A stretch of DNA of 64,000 nucleotides from Candidatus Nanohaloarchaea archaeon (GTDB taxonomy: Archaea; Nanohalarchaeota; Nanosalinia; Nanosalinales; Nanosalinaceae): NCBI GenBank assembly GCA_041639695.1, contig JBEQBQ010000002.1, forward strand, positions 869 through 64,868. Direction: 5' to 3'. Both the position numbers and the translations under genes were made by a program. Positions 45,966 to 55,091 of this stretch are shown one piece after another. The notes beneath the pieces are model-generated. The model was not told the DNA's origin and ran no database searches. It was given only the letters and a program-made list of their open reading frames with translations. The first letter of the stretch is position 1. Every line of letters starts with the position of its first letter.

Positions 45966-46137
45966 CCAAGGTATTAACATTTTATCGCTAGGCGCCGTGT
46001 GAACTTCTAGGGGAATCCTTTTACTGGTTAAAAAGGTTCTCTAGGAGAAAGATAAGGTGGATTGAAAATTGTCAAGAAACCCGGAAATCCGATCCTTGTT
46101 CACAGCATATAAAGAGGTTTTTCTCGATGTTCTGGTT

Positions 46138-47820
46138 ATGGAACTTGAAGAACTCGCCCGCAAATACGCCTTGAAGAATGCCTCCGAGTACGGAGGAGAA
46201 TGCAATCCTGGAGCCGTTATAGGACAGATCATGAGTGAGGAGGACTTTAACCCTCAGAAGGTTCAGCAGGTTGCAGGAAAGGTCTGTGGTGAGGTAAACC
46301 AGCTCTCAATAGAAGAGATCGAGGAAGAGCTTGAAAATTACGAATACGAAGAAAAGACGCACGAACACGATCCAATCCCCGATCTTGATGTCGATGAGGA
46401 TGAAGAGGTTGTTGTACGGTTCGCTCCTAACCCGAACGGCCCGCCGCACATCGGACACGCAAGAGGCATGGTGATCAACGGCGAACTAAAGCAAAAGTAC
46501 GACGGAAAGCTTATACTGCGCTTCGATGATACTGATCCTAGAAAGAAACGGCCTCTGAAAACGGAAGATGCTGATGCGTATGAGATGTACCAGAAGGACT
46601 ATGACTGGCTAGGATACGAGGTTGATGAGGTACGATACAGTTCGAAGAACTTTGACAAGTATATTGAGTATGCTGAAAAATTGATTGAGAAAGAGAGGGC
46701 ATATGTCTGCTTCTGTTCTCCTGAGGAAGGTAGTGAATACCGTAGAGAAGGCGAAGCATGTCCGCACAGAGATAAATCAGTTGAGGAGAACATGGAGGGC
46801 TGGGAAAAGATGAAGAACGGCGGAATTAGTGAAGGAGAGGCAGTTCTGAAAGTTAAGACTGATCTTGATCACAAGAATCCGGCGGTTAGAGACTTCGCGG
46901 CTTTCCGTGTAATTGAGGACGCAGATCATCCGATCACAGGTAACAAGTACAGGGTATGGCCTATGCTTGACCTGGCAGGAGCCTTAGAAGACCATTTCAT
47001 GGGGACCACGCACATCGTTCGTGGAAAGGATTTGAGAGCCTCTACGAAGAGGCAGAAATACATCTACGAGTACTTCGACTGGGAGTACCCTGATATTCAG
47101 TACTGGGGTAATATCCAGATCTCCGGCTTTGATGCGCCTGTTTCAGGTTCCACATTAGGAAACATGATTCAGGAAGGAGAGCTTGATGGATGGGATGATC
47201 CACGCGCTCCGACTTTGAGGGCTTTGAGAAAGAGAGGTTTCCAGCCCGGAGCTATTCAGGAGTTCTTTATCGACCTAGGTGTGACGGAGAAAGATATCGA
47301 AGCCTCTGCTGAAACCTTAGAGTCAGAAAACAGGGATATAATAGATGAGGAGGCACCTAGATACTTCTTCGTTGAAGAGTCTGTAGAGTTAACTGTCGAA
47401 GGTGTTCCCATGGATGTAGAACCTGAGCTACAGGTTCACCCGGACTTTCCTGAGAGAGGAACCAGAAACCCTGAGATCGAAAGGAAAGAAGATGAAGTCA
47501 AACTAGTTATTGAGAAGAGCGATCTGGAGGAAGGTTTCCTCAGATTGAAAGGCTTGTGCAATATCGAGATCACGGATGTTGATGAAGGCAGAGCTGTCTA
47601 TCAGGAAGGCGATCATAAAGTCGCTCTTGAAAAGGATGCGGATATCGTCCACTGGTGTCCAACGGGTTCGGAGGAATCTACTGTGTTCATGCCGGATGGT
47701 GATGTTGCTGAAGGTGTTCTGGAACCCTCGGATATCGCTAATGGTGAGGTAGTACAGTTCGAGAGGTTTGGCTTCGTCCGGCACGACGGAGGTTCAAGGT
47801 TCTACTTCGCTCATCAATAA
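46138..47820 (+). CDS. gltX: glutamyl-tRNA synthetase (archaeal type)
   Basis: FAPNPNGPPHIGHARG (HIGH). N-terminus MELEELARKYALKNA fits archaeal GluRS. The ORF is open from TTG 46069. Confidence 0.9.
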   Translation: MELEELARKYALKNASEYGGECNPGAVIGQIMSEEDFNPQKVQQVAGKVCGEVNQLSIEEIEEELENYEYEEKTHEHDPIPDLDVDEDEEVVVRFAPNPNGPPHIGHARGMVINGELKQKYDGKLILRFDDTDPRKKRPLKTEDADAYEMYQKDYDWLGYEVDEVRYSSKNFDKYIEYAEKLIEKERAYVCFCSPEEGSEYRREGEACPHRDKSVEENMEGWEKMKNGGISEGEAVLKVKTDLDHKNPAVRDFAAFRVIEDADHPITGNKYRVWPMLDLAGALEDHFMGTTHIVRGKDLRASTKRQKYIYEYFDWEYPDIQYWGNIQISGFDAPVSGSTLGNMIQEGELDGWDDPRAPTLRALRKRGFQPGAIQEFFIDLGVTEKDIEASAETLESENRDIIDEEAPRYFFVEESVELTVEGVPMDVEPELQVHPDFPERGTRNPEIERKEDEVKLVIEKSDLEEGFLRLKGLCNIEITDVDEGRAVYQEGDHKVALEKDADIVHWCPTGSEESTVFMPDGDVAEGVLEPSDIANGEVVQFERFGFVRHDGGSRFYFAHQ

Positions 47821-47917
47821 CCTTCCACTTCTTCCCATTATTGGGTTTTCTTTCAATCGTCCGTTTGTATCAGTGTTTAAGTGGTGGCGCGGTCAGTGTA
47901 ATCCACGGTGAGCGCCC

Positions 47918-48079
47918 ATGAAGCCCGAGAACACCGAAGAGAGCAGGTCTAGATCGATCGTTAGAAAAGCAGAAAAGCTTGGTCGTGACGTTATAACCGG
48001 TGAAAGAATCTTTACAAACGATTCATATGTCAAGACTAATGAAGGATACTGTCTAAGAAAGAATCTTGCCGGTATTTAG
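47918..48079 (+). CDS. possible small protein (53 aa)
   Basis: Manual ORF MKPENTEESRSRSIVRKAEKLGRDV...; below the track threshold, no recognisable motif. Confidence 0.25.
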   Translation: MKPENTEESRSRSIVRKAEKLGRDVITGERIFTNDSYVKTNEGYCLRKNLAGI

Positions 48080-48161
48080 GTCCTTTAACCCCTTCTTCCT
48101 TTATTTCTTCAATCGGCCTTAGAATGTCAGTTGAAATATATCTATTGTACAGGAGAGGAGT

Positions 48162-48317
48162 TGGGAAAGCCGGGATTCGAACCCGGGACCTCTGCGTATC
48201 TCACATCTTCTGGAAACCTAGTTAATCATCGGAACCTGGCTATCCAGAATCACCAAGTTCCTCATCGCTCATAAAGTTGTTATGAGCGCAGCGCTCTAAC
48301 CTCTGAGCCACTTTCCC
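48162..48317 (-). tRNA. tRNA-Met (CAU; elongator-type, or Ile2 type if C34 is modified) with an 83-nt intron at 37/38
   Basis: Reverse complement folds as GGGAAAG/TG/GCTC-AGAGGTTA-GAGC/G/CTGCG-CTCATA[intron 48198-48280]A-CGCAG/AGGTC/CCGGG-TTCGAAT-CCCGG/CTTTCCC/A. Intron TTATGAGCG pairs with the anticodon arm. Confidence 0.85.
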
Positions 48318-48366
48318 TTCTAAGTAAAACAGTACACTTAACCTTTTTTAATTCCAATAGGGGTTT

Positions 48367-48678
48367 TCAGAGATCCTTTGCCTGTCTATAGATATCCCAG
48401 TCTATCCGGCTTAAATCGGATTTCTCATATCTGGTCATAATCCCACATTCTTCACAGCCAACGTAATTCGGAGCGTCCTCAGGATAGGAGTCTTCGGATT
48501 CCCAGACAAGTACAACAGGGTAGTCTTCGCTCGCCCAGTCACAATTATAGTGGGAAACCGGTTCATCCAGAACCAGTTTATCTACCTTGTTCAGTGTTTC
48601 AACTGAAGCTTCTTCATCCTCTAGAATATGCTTTGCGATCATCTGTTCCTCAGTTGGACGCGAACTCTCGGCAGACAT
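48367..48678 (-). CDS. hypothetical acidic protein
   Basis: 103-aa ORF with acidic composition consistent with the rest of the proteome. Confidence 0.5.
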   Translation of the reverse strand: MSAESSRPTEEQMIAKHILEDEEASVETLNKVDKLVLDEPVSHYNCDWASEDYPVVLVWESEDSYPEDAPNYVGCEECGIMTRYEKSDLSRIDWDIYRQAKDL

Positions 48679-48902
48679 GCTATTTGTTTAGAGAACAAAT
48701 TATAACATGGTTAAGGAAGTAGGTTCTTCAGAATTCAGATCTAAAAAGTCAACTAATTTCGCAGCAAGAATTCTAAAGTTATCGAATATCTGAAACTATT
48801 GGGGCTTTGTTTATAAGGCAGATTATTTTATTCGTGTATTCGGCCGAAAGCGGATTTTTCCAAAATATGCGAGAGAAGATTTTTATTTAAGAAAATGATT
48901 TT

Positions 48903-49148
48903 GTGTTTATGGGGAAAGAAACTTCTATTGAACCTATGTTGGCTATGTGTGCGGGACTACTATCTATTATAGCAGGCTTTGTTGTAGCTATAGGCGGTTT
49001 CTTGATCAGTAATGTTTCTGGACTTGTACTGTTTGTAAATCATGGATTACTTTCCTTTATACTCATAAACACAGGGTTAGCTGTTGTAGTCTTTTCAATT
49101 TTATACTATGGGCTTCTAAAATATCTCTTCAACCTACTGCGGGATTAG
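48903..49148 (+). CDS. small membrane protein
   Basis: 81 aa, two to three hydrophobic helices. Confidence 0.45.
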   Translation: MFMGKETSIEPMLAMCAGLLSIIAGFVVAIGGFLISNVSGLVLFVNHGLLSFILINTGLAVVVFSILYYGLLKYLFNLLRD

Positions 49149-49342
49149 AAAGTAGTAGAATACTATTTGAAACTTGCTGCTATTTCTAGTTTCATCATTT
49201 CGTGGGTTATAAGAAAAACTAATCGGACTTTTCAACATTAAACAGATTAACTAAGTAGGCTGATGAAGAGGTTACTTAATCAAAAAATCATTTAACGGAA
49301 AAGATATTAAATATTGTAGTTCGAACTTAGTAACAACAAAAG

Positions 49343-49840
49343 GTGAAAAATATGGCTCAAATGAGGATGCAGGATAAGGAAGAGAATGATGAGAATGATC
49401 GAGAATATTTTCTAGGAACAGATAAAGATAACGATATTGTATTAAATTATCATACCTCTCTTGATGAAGTCACTCTATACTCTAATGGGAGGAATGGAAA
49501 GTTCAGCCCAGTAGGCACATTTACCATAAACGAAGTATCGCGTTGTTTCTTTGAAGATGATGAGAAAGACCTGAATGAGGTAGCCAACTATTTTAGAGGG
49601 TCTGAAAAACAGCCTAACACCGTAGAGGATGTTATTGATGCTGTCCTAGAAATTGACTCAGCTTCTGTACTGGAAGAGCTTGAAGCGGAAGGGATCCCGA
49701 GATACGATCAAATTAGATTGGTCAGTGAGGAAACCGGGGAAGGTTCGACTTACCGGCCTCCAAGTGATGATAAAGCAAGAGGCGGAGTTGACACAGGTCC
49801 GAGAGAAAGAGAAGAAAGATTCCCAAATTATGGTATTTAG
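49343..49840 (+). CDS. hypothetical acidic protein
   Basis: 165-aa ORF (GTG 49343, or ATG 49352). Confidence 0.5.
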   Translation: MKNMAQMRMQDKEENDENDREYFLGTDKDNDIVLNYHTSLDEVTLYSNGRNGKFSPVGTFTINEVSRCFFEDDEKDLNEVANYFRGSEKQPNTVEDVIDAVLEIDSASVLEELEAEGIPRYDQIRLVSEETGEGSTYRPPSDDKARGGVDTGPREREERFPNYGI

Positions 49841-49851
49841 ATAATTTTGGT

Positions 49852-49925
49852 TGGGTTCGCCCGGATTCGAACCGGGGATCTCCGCCATGTCAAGGCGGTG
49901 TCATAACCAACTAGACCACGAACCC
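49852..49925 (-). tRNA. tRNA-Val (GAC)
   Basis: Reverse complement GGGTTCG/TG/GTCT-AGTTGGTTA-TGAC/A/CCGCC-TTGACAT-GGCGG/AGATC/CCCGG-TTCGAAT-CCGGG/CGAACCC/A; 74 nt, no intron. Confidence 0.9.
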
Positions 49926-50017
49926 CTTACTTAACTGGTACTTAACTTACTTTTTTGTACCTTGTAGTACCTATGTTTCCGGTTGGTCAGGTTACGCTTA
50001 AATAACTCGGAGAATAC

Positions 50018-50191
50018 ATGTACATAGAGTGTGTGGGGAAAATGGTAAAATGCGACAACTGTGAACGAGACCTTAATGTTGATCCCGTAGACAAACCCGA
50101 AGTGGACTGGGTAAAGGTAGTGTGCAGCGAATGCGGAGAAGTCAAAGACATTTCGATGATAAGGCTTTCCGCCACCACCTCACGGAAGTAG
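50018..50191 (+). CDS. small zinc-ribbon protein (57 aa)
   Basis: Manual ORF MYIECVGKMVKCDNCERDLNVDPVDKPEVDWVKVVCSECGEVKD... with a CxxC...CxxC pair. Preferred over antisense ORF 49987..50256. Confidence 0.45.
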   Translation: MYIECVGKMVKCDNCERDLNVDPVDKPEVDWVKVVCSECGEVKDISMIRLSATTSRK

Positions 50192-50245
50192 CTCCGGCGA
50201 TGGAGAACGGTTTTAAGCTTCTCACCCAAACCTTTCTTTGATAAT

Positions 50246-50779
50246 ATGGTTAACAAGTGGCAGGACTACGAAACAGGTCCGGATGCACCGGACGTAATTA
50301 ACGCAGTAATAGAAAACCCTTCCGGAGAGCAAAACAAGTACGAGTACGACAAGGAAAAAGAGTCAGTCGTTCTTGACCGTGTACTTTACTCTTCAATCCA
50401 GTACCCTGGAGACTACGGCTTCATCCCACAAGCTTACTACGAAGACGAAGACCCGATGGACATCCTTGTACTTACAACACATTCAACATTCCCAGGATGC
50501 GTCATCGAGGTAAGACCTGTAGGAATTCTTTACATGGACGACGGCGGAGAACAGGACGACAACATTATCGCCGTACCTGTAGAAGATCCGAGATGGAAAA
50601 ACGTCACAGATCTTGAAGACGTTAACGAACACAAGAAGAAGGAGATCAAGGAGTTCTTCAAGACTTACAAGAATCTTGAACCTAAGAAGGAGGTCAAGAT
50701 CGAAGGCTGGGGTGGAAAAGAAGAAGCCAAAGAAGCCATCGAAAGAAGTCAGGAGCTTTACTCGGAGAAATTCGAGTAA
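50246..50779 (+). CDS. ppa: inorganic pyrophosphatase
   Basis: 177 aa. NKYEYDKE, YPGDYGFIPQ, DPMDILVL family I PPase motifs. Confidence 0.9.
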   Translation: MVNKWQDYETGPDAPDVINAVIENPSGEQNKYEYDKEKESVVLDRVLYSSIQYPGDYGFIPQAYYEDEDPMDILVLTTHSTFPGCVIEVRPVGILYMDDGGEQDDNIIAVPVEDPRWKNVTDLEDVNEHKKKEIKEFFKTYKNLEPKKEVKIEGWGGKEEAKEAIERSQELYSEKFE

Positions 50780-50803
50780 GTTCGATCCTTATTTTTTCTT
50801 TAA

Positions 50804-51148
50804 CTAATTCAGGTATCTATCTATTTCTTCCATTTTGAATTCCTGTGAACTCTCTAGGATTCCGTCGTTTCTGAGAGCTCTTTCTACAATTCCGCTCGCT
50901 TCCGATACTTCGTCATCAACCTCAGCGTATTCCCATCCCTTACTGTCTTTCTTCATCTCGTAGAGCGTCCAGTCGCCGGTCGTGTGGGAGTACCTTACAG
51001 CTTTTCCCGAGTATTCGTTCAAATCGAGGAAGTATTCGGAGTTGTTCCAGTAGTGCTGGGCTTCTGGAAGTTCATTAATCCCAAACTCTGATACTCCGAT
51101 CTGTGATCCGGGGGTGGTGTGGAAGTTCAGGTGTTTATCTACGCTCAC
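50804..51148 (-). CDS. hypothetical protein
   Basis: 114-aa ORF, convergent with ppa. Confidence 0.45.
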   Translation of the reverse strand: MSVDKHLNFHTTPGSQIGVSEFGINELPEAQHYWNNSEYFLDLNEYSGKAVRYSHTTGDWTLYEMKKDSKGWEYAEVDDEVSEASGIVERALRNDGILESSQEFKMEEIDRYLN

Positions 51149-51195
51149 GGCTACCTGAAGGCATGTGAATTCAAACTATTTGTTTCTTTCGATCC

Positions 51196-51999
51196 TTAGC
51201 TACCTGTGCTCGAGTAACGGGTTATGCCAAACTTCCAGAAACGGTACGCTATCAAGTAAAACACAGGGCCTGCTACGAGTGAAAGAAGCTGCATCTTTCC
51301 CCAAGAACCCTTCTCGAGGAAAACAGTTGCCGGGAAGAACGTTGCAAACGCGAACGGTATCAGCGTGACGAGCAAGATCTGGATTCCCGAGCTGTAGATG
51401 CCGTAGGGGTATTTTCTGAAATCGCTCAGGTTGAACAGTACCCAGATAATCTGCTGACTTTTCCCGAGCCAGAAGGCCCCGGTTGATGCAGCAAGGTAGA
51501 TTGCGCCGAAGATGAGTATGCCGGAGATAATTGCTGGAACTGCGTAGACAAGCTTGAAAACTGTGATTTCTATTCCAAGTTGTGTTCCGGAGTAAATCAC
51601 CATGGCTATGCTTCCTATCAATTTGGCTATGTTGCTGTCGTTCACTCCGTCAGCGTAGAGCTGGAACAACGGATTCAAAGGTCTTACCAAGAAACGGTCG
51701 AAGTCTCCGGTAATCACGTAGTTTTCTCCGAACTTGTAGGTGTTCAGGAAAAATATGTGGTGCAGGTTCATGACTATGCCTCCGAAGCCTGCGAGGAAAA
51801 GCATCTCATTAAACGTCCAGCCGTAAATTGTCTCTACCTGCGTGAACAAAAGTCCAAGGAACGCGATTGATATCCCTACCTCGATAAACCGTCCGAGAAG
51901 ACCTAGGTAAGTGTCACTGTGGTAGATAAGCCGGGTCTTCAAGTACTGTTTGAAGTAAAGAGCATAGATTCTCAAATACCGCTTTAATGTTTCTTTCAT
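51196..51999 (-). CDS. ABC-2-type transporter permease
   Basis: 267 aa, six hydrophobic helices; overlaps the upstream permease gene by 4 nt. Confidence 0.65.
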   Translation of the reverse strand: MKETLKRYLRIYALYFKQYLKTRLIYHSDTYLGLLGRFIEVGISIAFLGLLFTQVETIYGWTFNEMLFLAGFGGIVMNLHHIFFLNTYKFGENYVITGDFDRFLVRPLNPLFQLYADGVNDSNIAKLIGSIAMVIYSGTQLGIEITVFKLVYAVPAIISGILIFGAIYLAASTGAFWLGKSQQIIWVLFNLSDFRKYPYGIYSSGIQILLVTLIPFAFATFFPATVFLEKGSWGKMQLLSLVAGPVFYLIAYRFWKFGITRYSSTGS

Positions 52000-52784
52000 C
52001 CGCCTTGCACCGTTAATTGGTTCCTAGCTTTACGCCACAAGTAGGCGCCTATCACTAGGAAGATTATTGTCCATGTGATTTGGTGTAGCATGAGTTTTAG
52101 GGCTTCCATTCCTGTAGCAGAGCCCATGAAGAGTCTGACCGGTGTATCAGTCATTCCCCTGAAAGGCAGGATGTTGAAAATCGGGGCGAGGGAGGCCGGT
52201 AACAGGTAGAGAGGAAACATTCTGCCAGAGAAAAGGCTTATCGCAAGGTTCCTCATCATCCTGATACTCCATCCTACTTTGGTCCAGAAAACCATTACAG
52301 ATGTGATAAAAGCCAGACTGAACACTAGGTTGAACGCTAGGAAAGTGCTTGCTAAGAAGAGCACAATCTGTGAGAGTGAAGGGATTGTAACGTTGAAGAA
52401 AAGCATTCCGGCAGTTAGTATAGGTACTGCAATTACTAACGATTCAAAGATCTTCCAGCCTGCCTCATGTGTATAGGTATAACCTCTTACGGACATAGGC
52501 CGTTTTAACTCGTTTGTAATCGACCCGTCTCTTATTTTCTGGCCGAGAAACATTTCAGTTTGTAAATTAGTAGCTCTTCCAACAGCCTGTCCTATAGCTA
52601 GATAGCTTATTACTTGAGCTAGACCTCCTTCAATACTTCCAGATGATGCGATAGCGCTCCAGATCGCATAGTAAAGCACCAACGTAAGCAGAGAATTTAT
52701 TACGTTGACGAAAGCTACTGTTTTGTATGCTGCAGCTTCTTTAAAGAAGATTTTTAACGACTGGAAGTACTTTCTCCAGTACAT
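51996..52784 (-). CDS. ABC-2-type transporter permease
   Basis: 262 aa multi-pass membrane protein directly downstream of the ATPase gene. Confidence 0.65.
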   Translation of the reverse strand: MYWRKYFQSLKIFFKEAAAYKTVAFVNVINSLLTLVLYYAIWSAIASSGSIEGGLAQVISYLAIGQAVGRATNLQTEMFLGQKIRDGSITNELKRPMSVRGYTYTHEAGWKIFESLVIAVPILTAGMLFFNVTIPSLSQIVLFLASTFLAFNLVFSLAFITSVMVFWTKVGWSIRMMRNLAISLFSGRMFPLYLLPASLAPIFNILPFRGMTDTPVRLFMGSATGMEALKLMLHQITWTIIFLVIGAYLWRKARNQLTVQGG

Positions 52785-52787
52785 CTC

Positions 52788-53768
52788 TCAAAGACCCTCG
52801 TTATAGATCTTTTTGACAACAGAGTCGATATCAGGTTCTTTTATCTTGAAGTCGATTATCTCATAGTCTTGAAGTATTTTCGACATCAAATCGGCTGCAG
52901 AAACTTTTTCTCTGTTAAAAACTACTTCTGTCTCGCCGTTCTCTTTCTCTACTCTTTCAACTCCTTCAATATCTAGTTCAAAGTTTTCAGGGTTCTTTAC
53001 ATCCATAACGAGCCTTCTTGAAGTAAAGCGGTTGATTAAGGAGTCTAATTGGCCGTCGTAGATCTTTTTGCCTTCATCCAGAACCACAACTCTTTCACAT
53101 AAGTCCTCAATATCGTCCATGTCGTGGGTTGTCAGCATAACGGTCGTGTCCTTCTCCCTGTTCATCTTCCGGATGAAATCGCGGATACGTTCCTTGACTG
53201 CTATATCTAGTCCGATAGTTGGTTCATCTAGGTACACGATTTTGGGGTGGTGAAGGAAGGCAGCTGCTAACTCGCAACGCATCTTCTGTCCAAGACTTAG
53301 CTTTCTGACAGGTTGTTCCCAGAACTCTGAGAGCTGTAGAACTTCGTCGAATTCGTCGATCCGTTCATCGTAGTCATCGTCAGATACCTCGTAGATCTCT
53401 TTTAACAGCCGGAAGGATTCCTTGACCGGTAGATCCCACCATAACTGACTTTTCTGGCCGAAAACCACTCCTATATCCATCGCATTCTTCTTTCGCTGCT
53501 TGTATGGGTCGCGGCCGTTGACCTCTATATGGCCTGAGGAAGGCTTCAGTATTCCTGTCAGCATTTTTACTGTGGTGGATTTCCCGGCGCCGTTCGAACC
53601 GATATAGCCTATGATTTCTCCTTCATCGATCTCAAGGTTCAGGTTCTCTATTGCTTCAACTTCTTCGTATTCCCGGCTGAAGAAGTTTTTGAGGTAGCCT
53701 TTGACTCCTTCTCCTTGTTTGTAGATCTTGAAGGTCTTCGAAAGGTTCTCGGCTTTGATTAAGGTCAT
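52788..53768 (-). CDS. ABC transporter ATP-binding protein
   Basis: 326 aa. GSNGAGKST Walker A, LSLGQKMR signature, VYLDEPT Walker B. Confidence 0.85.
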   Translation of the reverse strand: MTLIKAENLSKTFKIYKQGEGVKGYLKNFFSREYEEVEAIENLNLEIDEGEIIGYIGSNGAGKSTTVKMLTGILKPSSGHIEVNGRDPYKQRKKNAMDIGVVFGQKSQLWWDLPVKESFRLLKEIYEVSDDDYDERIDEFDEVLQLSEFWEQPVRKLSLGQKMRCELAAAFLHHPKIVYLDEPTIGLDIAVKERIRDFIRKMNREKDTTVMLTTHDMDDIEDLCERVVVLDEGKKIYDGQLDSLINRFTSRRLVMDVKNPENFELDIEGVERVEKENGETEVVFNREKVSAADLMSKILQDYEIIDFKIKEPDIDSVVKKIYNEGL

Positions 53769-53849
53769 AACTTTTTCTTTTCGGAGATGTTTTTTAATCG
53801 CTTCTAAGACTCCAAAAAGCTTTTATGTTGCTATTGTAAAATAACAAAT

Positions 53850-54761
53850 ATGTCGGCTTTCGACCCCCGTTCCCCTGAAGAAGCTCAAAAGAGGCTTTAC
53901 CTTGACCTAGCTTACAACGCTAGCGGCGAATTTTACGATTGTGAAGTTGATGACAATTTCGAAGACGTAGGTGAAGAGCTTATCGCCAACTGGGATTCCT
54001 ACACTAATGAATTCTACCATGGAACCCAGCTAGAGAACTTCTCTGATATCCTTAGAGATGGTGCCATTCGTCCTGGAGAACAAAATAATGCTGACTCCGG
54101 AGAGGTCTCAAACCAATCAGCAGTTTACTTTACTCGATTAGAGCCTGTTGCGGTTCACTATGCAGAAGAAGCCCAGCCTATCCGAGAAGACATCTTTCAG
54201 GCCGTCGTTAACGATTTAGAGGAAGAACTTTCGGATGAGGAATGGGCCGATCTTGAACTTAACTACAGAATGATTCATGATGTTATCCCGGCCGCACTTC
54301 ATAGCGATGAGCTTGATGATGATATAAAGCAGAGATACGAAGCACTTCAGGACCGTCTGTTCGATATTCCGGAAGATGAAAGAGATCCGATGGTTGTCGG
54401 GTTCAGTAAACAAAACGCGGATGTTTATGAAGTTCCTCCTCAAGTAGACCACGAGTTTGAGGCGGCGGAAATAAATGAACATCTGGCGCAAGGAATTGCA
54501 AAATCGGTGGAGATAGATAACAAGGCTAGTTTCTACGTTTCCCATGAAGAAGTCGGGCCGATGAGAGACCAGTACGAAAACCTGGAAAGCGACATACTTT
54601 CTCTAGATGCACTTAAACTCCGGCACAGGCTAAAGATGGATCCGGTTTACGAGAAGGAAGGTGTGGTTGATATGGTGCCCTTCTGGAAAGGACAGGAAAG
54701 AGGGATAGAGTGGAACATGAAGTCGAAGGAACCTGGCCTCAACTTTGAGATATCTAGTTAA
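53850..54761 (+). CDS. hypothetical acidic protein with an ADP-ribosyltransferase-fold-like N-terminal motif
   Basis: 303 aa. FYHGTQLENFSDILRDGAIRPG ... SAVYFTRLEPVAVHYA resembles the HGT...IL..G / second-strand motifs of Tpt1/DarT/DT-type ART folds. Confidence 0.5.
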   Translation: MSAFDPRSPEEAQKRLYLDLAYNASGEFYDCEVDDNFEDVGEELIANWDSYTNEFYHGTQLENFSDILRDGAIRPGEQNNADSGEVSNQSAVYFTRLEPVAVHYAEEAQPIREDIFQAVVNDLEEELSDEEWADLELNYRMIHDVIPAALHSDELDDDIKQRYEALQDRLFDIPEDERDPMVVGFSKQNADVYEVPPQVDHEFEAAEINEHLAQGIAKSVEIDNKASFYVSHEEVGPMRDQYENLESDILSLDALKLRHRLKMDPVYEKEGVVDMVPFWKGQERGIEWNMKSKEPGLNFEISS

Positions 54762-54764
54762 TAA

Positions 54765-55091
54765 TTAGTAAAGGGAAGGCATATTTTCAGGCAGGTTGAT
54801 GTCGATCATGGCCTTGTTACCAATCAGATCAATACCTTTTGGCCGGTCAAAGACATATACTGCCACGTTATCCGTATTGAACTTCTGTAACGGTTCGATT
54901 ATGTAATCGCCTTCGAAGCATTCTTCAGGTACCTTAATCTGCTCATCTTGCTCTATAAACTCTCTGTTAATATGTCTCTGTGAATCAGAGTACTCTGAAA
55001 GATTCCTCAGAATCTCAGAAACAATAGTTCCATAGCCACCTACATCTTCAGTAAAAGTGTGGGTGTTTTCGGTATAAGAGTAAGTTTCCAC
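54765..55091 (-). CDS. hypothetical protein downstream of XPB
   Basis: 108-aa ORF; its start shares 1 nt with the XPB stop. Confidence 0.45.
   Translation of the reverse strand: METYSYTENTHTFTEDVGGYGTIVSEILRNLSEYSDSQRHINREFIEQDEQIKVPEECFEGDYIIEPLQKFNTDNVAVYVFDRPKGIDLIGNKAMIDINLPENMPSLY

Noticed and set aside
35500-46000. Integrated virus or prophage, suggested by the tail-collar domain, fibre motifs, Gly-rich protein and two tRNA genes nearby
   Set aside because: No integrase, terminase, portal, capsid or replication genes. No flanking direct repeats that I could find. tatAC and RNase J are interspersed, and the proteins carry cellular export signals. Better explained as domesticated fibre-like surface proteins.
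47881-47916. GGCGC...GCGCC hairpin downstream of gltX as a possible ncRNA or terminator
   Set aside because: Only a 5-bp stem with a 21-nt loop and no flanking T-run; not distinguishable from chance.
48198-48280. Calling the tRNA-Met intron a bona fide box C/D guide RNA
   Set aside because: Only GAUGA cores are present. No canonical CUGA D/D' boxes at the required 10-12-nt spacing. Kept as a low-confidence observation rather than a feature.
49658-49888. 76-aa minus-strand ORF
   Set aside because: Overlaps tRNA-Val and is antisense to the 3' end of 49343..49840.
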